Part shown: positions 45,920 through 58,003 of the stretch, in pieces | Position numbering within the stretch: the stretch's first letter is position 1 | Layout: the number at the start of each line of letters is the position of its first letter | Made by a program: the position numbers and the translations under genes | Assembly: GCA_040285855.1 (NCBI GenBank) | Contig: JAUFOQ010000017.1 | Coordinates: forward strand, 620,001 to 684,000 | Length of the DNA stretch: 64,000 nucleotides | DNA from: Eukaryota sp. GEM-RC1 | Lineage: Eukaryota | Reading direction: 5' to 3' | The notes under the pieces: generated by a model | The model's input: only the letters and a program-made list of their open reading frames with translations | Told to the model about the DNA's origin: nothing | Database searches by the model: none

Positions 45920-48900
45920 ATGACTGCATCTGAGCGTGATTCACGAACCTGGATTACTGCTCCTCATGTTCTAGTATCAGATCGCTCCGATTTCGATCTC
46001 TCTGACAAAACCCCTTCTTCTATTAAATTCAAACGAGATGCAGACAATAGTGTGTCTTCAGGATATGAGTGTTCATCTTCATCCAGTGATGTCTCCGAAT
46101 ACTCCTTCTATGTGAACATGCTCCCAGACAAACATTCTACACCGTTTCGATCCCTCTTTTGTGATGCCAGCTCATTTTCCCAGGTCAACAGCATCCATGT
46201 TCTTGTCAACGGAGTCCGACACCCCTTAGTTCACTATAAACATGATATTTACCACTGCAATATCTTCTTCTATCCAGGTAGCTATACTATTTCCTTCTTT
46301 GTCAACGATGAACCTTTCATCAACCCTCTTTACACCGTTGATCAAGAGAGACACAACGTCTTTTCTTCAGACTTCTTGTCTCGAGATCAGATCTATTACA
46401 ACTTCTTACATTTTGTCTTTAGTCCTCTCTGTCTCACCACTGATTCCTATCTTTTCAAACACATGGAATATCGTGAGATCCGTGACATTGCAGAATATAG
46501 GGAGAATACAAAAGAAACACAAAAGGAGTACATTCTAGACTTTAAATACTTTTCCCCCATTCTAGAAGATTATGGTCTCATGTACGCGACTGCTGCTGAG
46601 CTGGCAGAAGATTCCTTTTGAAGCTTTTACCTAATAATTCTAATGAGTGCCGTATTGGTATCCACAATGTTTGGGTTGATACTACAGAGAAAAGAGAAGC
46701 CGTCCATAAAAAGGACTTTAAAGTACTTAGGAGAAGGGAAGTTCGAGATTTGTATGCTGAAGTTTATCCAATTAATGATGATCCTTCTGAATTAATTAAA
46801 TATGTCCGTGCAGAATTTAATGCTAAAGACGGCTATGTTTTCTTTAAGGACGGAAGTTTTCGTGTAATTTTTCTATTTAATTCAAATGATGATGTATCTG
46901 CCTTTGTTATTGATCCTTACCTGATCTTTAATGATCGGCGTTATTTGATTACTAGAGATTTCTTCAGTGATGACGTTTGTGATGACGATGTTGACATTCT
47001 GGATGATAGTCGTGACCATTATACTACAATTGAAGAACAATTAAAAGATATGATTGATTCGCCCATTAAAATTCCCCCTATCAGATCAGTACAAGAAGAA
47101 TATGCTTTATCGACGGAAGCAACAATTGCCCATATTTTTAAAATATGATGAAATTTTGGACAGAGTGGATTCGGAGAGAGTTTGCGTCTTAGTTGGATCC
47201 ACAGGTTGTGGAAAATCGACACAACTCCCAGTCTATCTTGCTGAGCTCTACTCTAATTCAGGAAAGAGGATAGCAATCACTCAACCTTGTGCTCTTACAA
47301 CAATGACTATTTATAATCGAATTTCTATTGAATATAAAGGTTATGACGGAGCTGGCAAACCAATTTATTCAAATTATGTAGGATATTTAACAGAATCTGG
47401 CAGTCAAGATGGCTCCCAAATCATGGTCATCCAAGAAGACAAATTGTTTTCTTATGATCCACTTCTTTCAGAGTTTTCAGTTTTAATTATTGATGAAGTT
47501 CATATTCGTTCTGTATCAACTGACATTATCCTTGGAATTGCTCGAGATATTCTCAGTAAGAGAGCTGACTTTAGGGTGGTCATTTGTTCAGCCACAATTG
47601 ATACTTCAAAGTATATTAATTACTTCTTTGGAGATAATTCATCAATTCTTCCAATCAGTGTTCCTGGACGTTTTTATGACGTGCGAGTCGTCGAGAATCC
47701 TGTTGACCCTAATTCCCTTTGCGTTCAACTACATCTAATAGTTAAGGAAGCTATAGTCAATCCTGCCTATTATGAAGACGGTGATTGTACTGGTCACGTG
47801 TTGGTCTTTGTACCAAGTGTAGAGTCAGTCGGTCAATGTATGAGTCTTTTTAAAAATGCATGTAAAGGATCAGATGAATTCAATAATATCATTTGCAAAC
47901 CACTTCATGAGAAACTCAGTTATAAGGTCTACATGTTACAGCCGTTATAAGGTCTTCTCTCATTGGGAGCTTTAATCACTGCTATTCTGTCGACAAATCA
48001 TCCTCTGATTTTAGATAAACTGGAGTTCTATGAATGTTTTGAACCAATCAATAGTGATTTGATATCACTTGTTCTCATCTTTCAGCGTTTAGTTAAGCTC
48101 AAAGGTGTTAAGTTTCCAAATTCGGTCAACAAGAACGTTTTTAGGTCCATTAAAGACATGTCCAAATCCATTGATTCTGCTTTTTTAAAGATCAATGACT
48201 TATATGAACTCAACAAAAATATTTCACTTACGCAACTGTCTTTTGATGAAAACGTTATTCCTGTAATTAACAAATGTCTTTTAGCTAGTTTTGGTAATAC
48301 CATGTATACTAATATCCCCCACGTCAGCAATGTCTTGGTTTCTAATGACCAGAAATCAGTTTTACAAGTCCATCCTGTTTCTTTCTTTCTTTCATGATAA
48401 TTCTTCTTTTTCACTGGACCCGTGCTTGCTTTGGGATTGGAAAGACTAGGTCCTGCTACGTCAGTAAGGATCATTCATCCTATTGATGACGTTGACGGTG
48501 TTAACACTGATTGTGATGATCATTTGAAACAAGTTCTGCTTCTAAAAGACGTTAGTCCATGGATATATGGAGAATTTGCAAAGTGGTGGAGTACCTTGAA
48601 TACTGGTATTCAACTATTTTATTCAGACCGTTCTGTAATTGGACTTTTTCCCAAGCAGAATACTATTTCATCAATCAGTGATCGTCAATTGGAGCAGTTG
48701 GTGAAGCAATCAAAACAACAAAAGATTGAGCTGATACAAAGACATCAAAGTCAATCAAAATCTTTGATGATTAGAAATCACGAGGTCGAATTTTTGTCTG
48801 GATTAACAGTGTCAAATATTGAACTAGATGGGCCTTGTATTATTTTAAGTTTTTCAAAATTTCAACTCATAGATTTTTGTGATGATGTTTCAATGACTAG

Positions 48901-51900
48901 TCAACGATTTAATGTTAGACACAAAGTCAAACAGTTTATTGTTGACATCATTGGTTACTACCTGTTCAATCACATCAGTCAATCAGGGTCAAAATCAATT
49001 AATATTCATCCTGAGGGACCGAATTGCTGGTCAATGCTTCCAGCAGTTTTGTTTGATGGTTACTCTAATGGTGTTGATGATCCTGTTTTAGTTAGGGTTA
49101 ATTTCCCCCAATGAAACCTTGGCTTTTCTTTGAAGTTTGTCACAAGTTCAAAGATATTGGAATATTCTCTCACAAGACTACTAGTCCTTTCGAATATTTA
49201 AATTCTTCTAGATCTCTGCATATAATATCAAAGCCCGTTGGTTCCCTAAAACACGGCATTCGATCACACGTCAGCGTCTGGAAACCTGGTCACGTTACCA
49301 TTGAGGGTCACCAATCGGTCATTAATACCAAAATTGATGAAATGAAACCACGTATGATTCAATATCACTCATCCAATTCACCAGACAATTCTTTTGTCAC
49401 CCGTGCCACAATCACTTTCGATGACGAGGATATATTGTCCCCTTTGAGTAACATGCCAGTCGGAGAGTGGCTTAAGCAGAAAACCAATAGTGGCAGCATC
49501 TAATCTTGCATGTCGGATTTTTGACTATGAACCGGTAGCTTTGGCGGTGAAGTTAACAAATGGTTTTGAAGAAAGTGTAGTGGCTAAATTAGCCGAAAGG
49601 AATGTTGAAGCCCTGTTTGGATCTTGGGTTGATGATGTGCACGCGTTCTTTGTCCTTGCTGACTTAAATGAATTATTACAGGTTGAATCTGCGTGTGAAT
49701 TGAGTGAAGTTATTGCTAAACAATACGGTTGCTCCCTTTTTATGAAATCTTCAGACTTTACATTGTACAAGTTTACAAAAGAAGTTCCAAAATTTCACTT
49801 TTTTAAAATTCTTCCATGTGATACTAGTAGTTCCATCACATCGGGTTTTTTGAAGCTTGTACAACCAACAAAACTCTCTGAAAAGGCATTTGCTTGTGAC
49901 TCCATTACAATGGGCTGCATCTTTCGTTTACTGCATAACTCTCTTGAGGAACGTTGTTTCTTTATTACAATTCCCCCCTTCTCAAAGGGCTTTGTTTTTA
50001 GAAGAACCTTCAAAATTCCAAATATTCATTGAATCTCAAAGTTTTCCCACTAATTTAGGCCATGATGATGTTCTTAGGATGACCCAATTTTTGAAAGAAC
50101 AAAACGTTGTCAGAATCTTGGTTCATGATTTATTCATCAATTTTCAAAAATTAATTGTTGATTTGGTTCGTTTCTTTTTGCAAGCAAACTCTACAGTTTC
50201 ATTAAATGTTGTTGAGTCTTGTGTCTTTTGTCATCAGTTACTTGATCAAATTAATTCTCGGTTTTCCGTTTGTGATCACGTTTTTGTTGTGATTGTTTGA
50301 ATACTTATGTAAAGAAATGTCGAAATTCAACAGTTGCTCTTTCTTGTCCAAAGTGCACTCTTTTGATCAATTACAATGATTTAAGTCAAAATATCATAGC
50401 ATCAACACTTTCTAAATCTTTGGAGGTTCGGTTAGGCAAATTTTCAAAAAAAAGTTCTTCAAAAATTTCATTATGTTTGAATCCCGATTGTAAAACTCTA
50501 ATTCCTAATGTTTATGGTTACGTTTCTTGTCCTAATTGTCTTCTACCTCAGTGTAATAATTGTGGTTGTATTAACGATGATCGGCATTTTGGTTGTCCCT
50601 GTGATTTGTACAGACTTTCAGTCAATTTTGATTGTGGTATAGATCATGATAGTCTCATCAGTTCTGCAAGAACTGCAGTGAGTCACGATTTTATTGTTGA
50701 AAATTTTGACTTCAAACAATTTCAAAATTTTCAGAACTCTCCAATGTTTGTATCATTTTCAAAGACACTCCGCTCTTGTAGTCTTCCCAAGGATTCCGTT
50801 TTATTTGGATACATTGGTGTTGATTCTCCTGAAGAAATACTTTCTCTTGGGGCATTGCCACCTACTACTTGTATGTACTTTATTCTAACTAATCATAGTG
50901 TTTAACAGGGGGAATTTACTTCTGCAAAACTCTAAAGTTTGCTTTGGGTTATTACAATAATCCTCGTTATATCTTGGTTTTTGCTTTATATCCACATGCT
51001 GCTTACTTCTCTTTAAAACATGAATGGTTTTATGTATTGGATGATTCTGCTCCGGTTCTGTATTTCCCAGTACTGTTCTTGAAACAAAAGATTGATTGTG
51101 ATGATGTGAGTAGTTTCCTTCGATCAGGCCATGGAACTGTTGAGTCAACATCAATTAAAGAAAACCTGGATAATTCAATTTTTCTTCAGAATTCTCCAGA
51201 CCAACCCGTTTTTAAATGGTCTTGGGTTCATCATGATCACGTTACTTTGTTTGATGCCCGTATTTCTAGATTTTTAGAAACAAAATTTGGACTTTTCAAA
51301 TATGAAAAAACCAAATCGTCATTTATACTGGATATTAATATTTTCCAAAGTTCCCATCTGGGGTGTATAATTGACTTCTGTTCGATGACAATCACATGTG
51401 ATAATATTTCTGTAACTCTTCAAAGAGATTGTGTTGTCGAGAATTGTTCTGAAATTGAACATTATTGGTTGTATTTTTCAGATGGCTTTTGGAAATCTTT
51501 TTCGAAAGAAGATAATGATCAATTGAATTTAAAATATTCTGATTATTCTAAAGACAGATCCTTTTCTTGGGTTGAAATTCTTCTTGATTCCACTAAACAA
51601 TCCTACATTGTCGACTTTTCCGCTTTGTTAATTATCCATAATTTTTCCCAAATTTTATTTCTTAAACGAGTGTCCAACAATGAACACTTTCACCAGAATT
51701 TTTACTTTCCGATTCAGTCATCCCTACCTAAAGGCATCAATTATTATATTAAAGCAGTTAGTTATGATTTACAAAAACTTATTTCTGATTTAAAAAATTC
51801 TAACCAACACTATGAAAATCATCATCTTTTTCACTTTACGTTTTCGGAAACTGAAAACAAATTTTGTTTAAAAATTAAAATATGTGATGAAATTCATCAT

Positions 51901-53238
51901 ATTATTTCAGTAATTGTTGCTGGTGCTATTCGAAAATTGCAGTATTTAAAAATTTCTACTTTTGTAGAAGAATCATCTGACGACATGACTTCCCTTCTGA
52001 TTCACAATCACCGATTGTCTAATATCCTTTGTGGAATTGAACCAATCAAATTTGATTCGAAACAGAGCGTTATGGCCATGATTGCTCATATTTTGGTCTG
52101 GAAGTTAGATTGTGTAATATACGGTGGTTTTATTAGAGATTTTCTTTTAGCTAATGCTGAAGCGCGTGATATTGATTGCATGACCCCCACTGATGACGTC
52201 TTCAATCTAACAGTTGACAGATTCTTGGCTGAGGTGCGCAATGTATTTTCAATTGTAGAATTTAAAAAAATTAGGCAGAACAATCCAATTTGCACTAAAA
52301 CTTCCTTCTGTATTGGTGATTTTGCTATAGATGTAGACTTCACCCGACCTTCAGGCGGTTTCATCCATCCTCAAGCTTCTCCTCCATTTGTCGAAGCTGA
52401 CGTTTCCAACTTCATTATTTCAAAACAAGAATTATTAAGTTTTAAGATCAAAACTGCTCAGGAAAACTTTTCTCTTGATTCAACTCTTCGACATTGCTAC
52501 AACAAGGAATACGTGTTTTTCTATGACTTAGCAAAATATCGTGAAATGGCTGTTCCTAGATTAGTTAAACGAATTAAATCTGGTTGGAAATGTTTATCCG
52601 TAGTTCCTGATGATTTTAAATCCTTGTTTGGTGAGAAACTTGATTCTTTATATGATCCAAAATTTGAACTTCCACTGATTGACGATCTTTGGTATTGTAG
52701 ATGTTTGGCATCTATTTTAGACAAAGTTCGAAACAACTTTATTGTTATCCAAAATCTGTTACAGAAGATTTCTGTCACTCATTGCAATATTGATGCTATT
52801 TTTATTGCCTTGTCACCAGTTTTTCAACGGAAGTCCCTTGAAAACACGTGTTTGTTTGACTGGTCAATGTCAATATTTAAAGATTTGAAAGATCCCATGT
52901 GTATTCCAATCAATTGGTTTTGTTGGGCCTTTACAATCTTAAACAAATACTCTTTATTACAAGATCTTCAGTTTTTTGAAGATAACTTCGTTGCTGTCAT
53001 TAATGACTTTACCTTTTCTTCCATCAACGATTTGCCTTTATTTTCTCCTCTAATTTTTGAAAAATTCTGTTTGGATTTAAGGTCAGATTATGGTTCATTT
53101 TTGAAGAAATGTCTTATTGGTTCTTATAAACAATTGAACTGTTGGGACAATGACAGTTTGCTCACTTGTTTACACTTTTTGAATATTAAAATTTTAAAGG
53201 GTAGAACCTTTCATGCCCTTAGAAGGATTAACACTTGA
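45920..53238 (+). pseudogene. Large multidomain gene in many frame segments: CBM48-like, DEAH helicase (partly deleted), RING-IBR, degenerate PARP/ART-like, two WWE-like domains, nucleotidyltransferase
   Basis: GSTGCGKSTQLP, AITQP, DEVH, SAT, VLVFVP (motifs V/VI absent); C/H clusters at 50220-50600; WSW..FD and WLYFSDGFWKSFS (WWE-like); IYGGFIRDFLL...RDIDC...VDVDF-like NTase motif. Confidence 0.7.
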
Positions 53239-53464
53239 TACAGAATTTGTTTTATGTTTGGTCAGTCTTTTCATTTTTAAATAGTTACTTATAACTAGAC
53301 CTTGTTCTTCTTGAATTAGAAATTCCTTTAATCGTTGTTGTTTTAATTCAGCTTCAATGATTGTCTGTAGTGAAGTTTAACAGAGTGTTTAGTTATCTAT
53401 CTTAAATCTGTAGTTTTGTTTATTTAGAAATAACATAACGCCTTAAATTTTTAATTTGTATACA

Positions 53465-53496
53465 AAAAAAAACGGGGTTTATGATCAGTCAGTGAA
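53465..53496. repeat. 32-bp dispersed motif, identical to 9370-9401
   Basis: AAAAAAAACGGGGTTTATGATCAGTCAGTGAA occurs at both sites. Confidence 0.85.
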
Positions 53497-54107
53497 GTGT
53501 GTATACAACGTTACTATCAAAAATGGTCTCAGCAAATAATGTTAGAACTTACTATAAGATGAACTTTCTAAGTGCTCTTTGTCCCCTTCAATGTCAAGAT
53601 CAATATTTTAAATATGTCCAGTTGACAGCAACAATTTATTCACCATGATTTTGAGAAAAACCACCATCATTATTACTTACTTTGTTGATCTTTTTTTTAT
53701 TTTTTTTATTTTTTTATTTTAAAGAACATATTTTATTGACAACAACACTAAAGTGTACATACATCTAATAATCAATATCCTCAAAGTCCAGACTGCCTAA
53801 CTGGAAATTTTCACCTACCTTATCCTCAATCTGTTGATCAGATAATGATAATTGGAAACATGCCATCATCTCTTCAAAAATATACTCTTTTAATTCGCCA
53901 TATTAAAATTCAAAAGGTTCGAATACCAATGTACTAGTACTTCTTTTAAAAGCAAAAGATGACAATTGATGTTGGTACAGTCACAAACGATAAGATGCTT
54001 CAACACAGATAAATTATGACTCTGGGTAAATGTACCACATATTCTATTTGTTTTCTTAAATGAGACTCTACATTATACTTATATTGTGTTTATTAAAAAA
54101 TTATAAT

Positions 54108-57020
54108 TCACAAAATCATGATCGAATCAATCAAGAAAGAAATTTGCTTCCCAACCACTTTTGAACATCCAGATGCTGTTAAGAAAAGTACAATTAAAAA
54201 TGAAATTAAAATTGAACACAACCTACATTTTGCCTAGTACTATGAGTTCTTGAAGTGGTTGATCCTGTCCCAAAGGATCCTTCTTCATTATAACCCCAAC
54301 CAATCACCATCCCGTCATCAGAGTCGACTCCAAGAGCATGATAAGCATCAGCATTACAATTCATGTCGTTCAAATTCTCAATCCCAGTAGAAGTTCTAGT
54401 CATTGAAGTGGTTTCAGAGCCCAATAGTCTATAAAGATCACTGGTTCCTCCTCCTAGAGTTAGAAAATTAAATACAACAAACCCTCAACAGTTTGACCAG
54501 AGGTTAAAATAAGTGATACCGTAACCCCAGCATGTAAGCTTAGTGGTTCAGAAGTGTAAGCAAATCGATCTTTTGCCACGTTGTCAGAAGAAGTATCTCC
54601 CGAAACCAATTGACCATCATCTCCTTTTCCTATAGTTAGTTAATTAAGTCTTCACAAACCCCACGAGTAGAAACGCCATTCTGAATCCACTTTTCTTATC
54701 GCAATGCTGTATTGGTTTCCAGCAGCAATATCATAAACATTGTCAATATCTTCATTGACAATAAGCAAAGTAAGTCTCTGTACCGCTCTCCAGTCATTAC
54801 GGTCAGTGTTACTTCCATCTCCTAACTGTCCCATGGTATTACCTCCTCTTGACCAAACAAGCCTGGATGATGTTAGAATCATTAGATGATCGTATCCAAT
54901 AGCAACTTTGACCACAGGATCGCTACGAGTCCAATGCTCAGGTGACAAGACGTCACTGTCAGAAGACCAGATCTGATGTTTGTGGTTCCTCCCCCACACA
55001 CAGAGAGACGTTCCGCCTTCAGTAACAGCAGCAGAGCTGTCAAATCCAGCATAGACTTCAGCAATGTCTGAAGATCCACAGCTATCAATGACGTCTACAA
55101 ATTGGAACCTGTCAGATGTATGACCAATGCCTAATTGACCTGAAGTTAGCTAGATTCTTTGAAAGAACAAACCGTAGTTATTACGACCAGTAGCACGAAC
55201 CTTACCATTAGTCAGTAGAACTAATGTATGATAAGTCCCAGTGGCCACAGACTTGACATTATCCAAGGTAAGAAAAGGAATAGACTTTGAAGAGGGCAAT
55301 CCAAGTTGACCGTAGCCTCCTGCTCCAAACATAAAAAGAGATCCAGCTGAGGACAAAACAGCAGAGAAACGTTGTCCAACGGAAACTTTGGAAACACCAG
55401 TGAATTGCGAATCCCTAAAAGAGGCGGTAACTTCCACAGTTTCATGAATAGAAGCTCTTGACAGTGTTATGTTCCATTTACCCTCAGTAGACTTCGCGTC
55501 AATCATGTAAAGCTCATCATCGACTATTGATTCAAGAAGCTCAAGAAGAGCACGTCGCCGTTGAGTGGCTTGAGTGTAGGCAGAGTTAGCAGAGATGCAT
55601 TTAAGCTCATCATTGTGTTCGTGCTGTTGAATCTTTTGTTTAATATCCAGCAAATCTGATTTGATTTCTTCAGGGTCTACAACAACAATTGTTACATCAA
55701 ACGTGTTGCTTTCAGAAGCAGTACCTTTGGAAATAGTTACTCTAAACTCATAATCACGTATGTGTTCAACAATAATTTCAAAGTCGTAAAAATCGTTGAA
55801 TATTAAAACATGATTAACATGATCATTCATTGGAGTTTCATAATCAGAATCTGAAACTTCCAACTCAATAGTTTTTGATAACTCCACATTCAACAAGTCA
55901 ATGGCTTCATCAACTGCTAATTGGTTTTCATAAAGAAATTCAACATCAAACACGTGTTCTTCTTCATAGTGGTTTAAGGTCAATGTAAGTCTAAAGGTGA
56001 TCAAATCTCGAACATGAGTAACAGTTACAGAAATGTCGTCAACAGTTTCCGATAAGGGCAAAATTGATTGAATCGTGTCAACAAAGTAGAGCTCAAGCTG
56101 CTGAATCATTCTGATTCCGTAAAAGGATTGATTGTGAACTGAAGTGATGACAAGTAATGATCCTTGATTTGCTTCATAACAATTGATACTTGTCCACGAT
56201 CAGACAACTCATAGTCAAGATCCCTCAGAGTGACTCTGTCCTGAACAGAAAAACTAGTTGTTGTTTTCAGAGTAACAGTATAGCTTTCGGAAGTTGAACT
56301 GTATCGAAGAGTGACGTCGATATTGAGGTGGTCTAGCTTTGACTCGATAAAGTCCAAGACGGCAACAGTTTTATCTTCTTGAGCATAGGACGGGACACTA
56401 ATAGAGCTGCCCTCTAAATCTGCAGTGATGTTGATGGCTTCCCTTAATTCAGAACGTGATGAATAGAGGGGAAGGACAATGAGAATCAACCCAAGGAGAG
56501 TCAAGAGAGCAGTTGCAGATCCAACAGCAGGCCAAAACCAGCTGGAATACTTCTTCACTTTGTCAGTTACTGAGTTCAACAGATGGGGGTCAATGGCATG
56601 GAACTCTGTCTCTTTCAAATTCCCACTGGAATCATTGGAGGGTTTGATCAGACCAGAACCTTTATTGTTGTTAGAAAAGGATTTGGGTCCATCATCAGAT
56701 GGTGATTGCCAAACAACAGGAGGAGAGGTGGTAGACGAGGTTGTTGGTTCTGGATCGTAGTCCACTGGAACTACCACTTCAGTAGTAGAATGGTTGAGAT
56801 CTAAAGTTGTTGAGGGTGAAGAAGGACTATCCCCATTCTGACAAAGGGAATCATCCGGTTTTATCTCTGGCGAGTCTTGTTGCATAGAAAGGTCGGAATC
56901 AGATAGACCATCTCCATTTCTGGTGGAATCCAGAGCATGAGAATATGTATCCACAGGTTCATGGCCAGATAGTGGATCTGCAGAAGCTTGATTGGAAGGT
57001 GATGATGATGGAGAAAGCAT
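54108..57020 (-). CDS. Type II membrane protein with extracellular RCC1-like repeats; several short introns and frameshifts; ancestral start probably 57560
   Basis: Low-complexity N-terminus; TM segment WFWPAVGSATALLTLLGLILIVLPL; RCC1 repeats (VSVGQRFSAVL..GGYGQLG, VATGTYHTLVL, GGNTMGQLGDG); introns at 55140-55172, 54630-54659 and about 54454-54482. Confidence 0.8.
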
Positions 57021-57025
57021 GTCAG

Positions 57026-57552
57026 TGTTTCCACTAAGCTAATAGCGCTATTAGCTTAGTGGTAACAAAAGTTTGCTGGTGCCCTTCGTCGGGTCTTTCT
57101 TATGCTACCAGCTTAGCAGTACCTCCAGGAAATAGCTCACCTCTGTGTGGTCCATGTTTTAGGACATACTATTACTTGTTCGACCTCACCCGGACTCGAA
57201 CCTTCCGCCTTCGAAGAGCAGCAAACCTTTTGGTTATTCTTTCTGGAAGTTGAAGTGGCACCTTGTCATCAACCTTAGTAGATGGATCTAAGTGGAGATC
57301 GTCAAATGAAAGTGGACGGGAAGCGCGTTGTGGATTACCAGCAAACTTAGTTTGCTGCTCTTCGAAGGTCGAAGGTTCGAGTCCGGGTGAGGTCGAACAA
57401 GTAATAGTATGTCCTAAAACATGGACCACACAGAGGTGAGCTATTTCCTGGAGGTACTGCTAAGCTGGTAGCGTAAGAAAGACCCGACGAAGGGCACCAG
57501 CAAACCTTTTTGTTACCACTAAGCTAATAGCGCTATTAGCTTAGTGGTAACA
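57026..57552. mobile_element. Foldback, Ginger-like MITE with ~200-bp TIRs and 42-bp terminal palindromes
   Basis: TGT...ACA ends; 4-bp TSD TCAG (57022-57025, 57553-57556); arms 57026-57226 and 57350-57552 are near-perfect reverse complements. Confidence 0.88.
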
Positions 57553-58003
57553 TCAGTCATCAGCAAAAAAACTGTTTGCTCACAATATATTTCCTACATC
57601 CAGTGATAAGTACAAGAAACCATTGATGGCTCTAAAACATGTAACACATGTTGATTACGAATTATGCCCTTTTTCTGTTTCCAAATATCAGTGAATCTGT
57701 AACATTATTGAATCTTCGGATTCATATATTCTCTTTAGTAATATATTTCCTACATCCAGTTCAGTAGTGAAAGTAATTATCTACTGTTCCTCTCGTCTTC
57801 TTTTTTGAAATTGTGATTTTCTAAATGATGTTAAGAATTCAACTTGATTGCTCACTCAATAACCCTATGAATAGAAACATTTGCACATATTGTTATAAGG
57901 TATTTCAGTTTGGACTATTTTTCAAAAGTAAATAAACTGAATTTTGTTTAAAAAGTGTAGAAAATGACAAGAACAAATAACAACAAATTTACATCAAAAA
58001 ACC

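Noticed and set aside
57350..57400. Complete tRNA gene in the foldback arms
   Set aside because: Only a T-loop/B-box is recognisable; no convincing D-arm, anticodon arm or acceptor stem.
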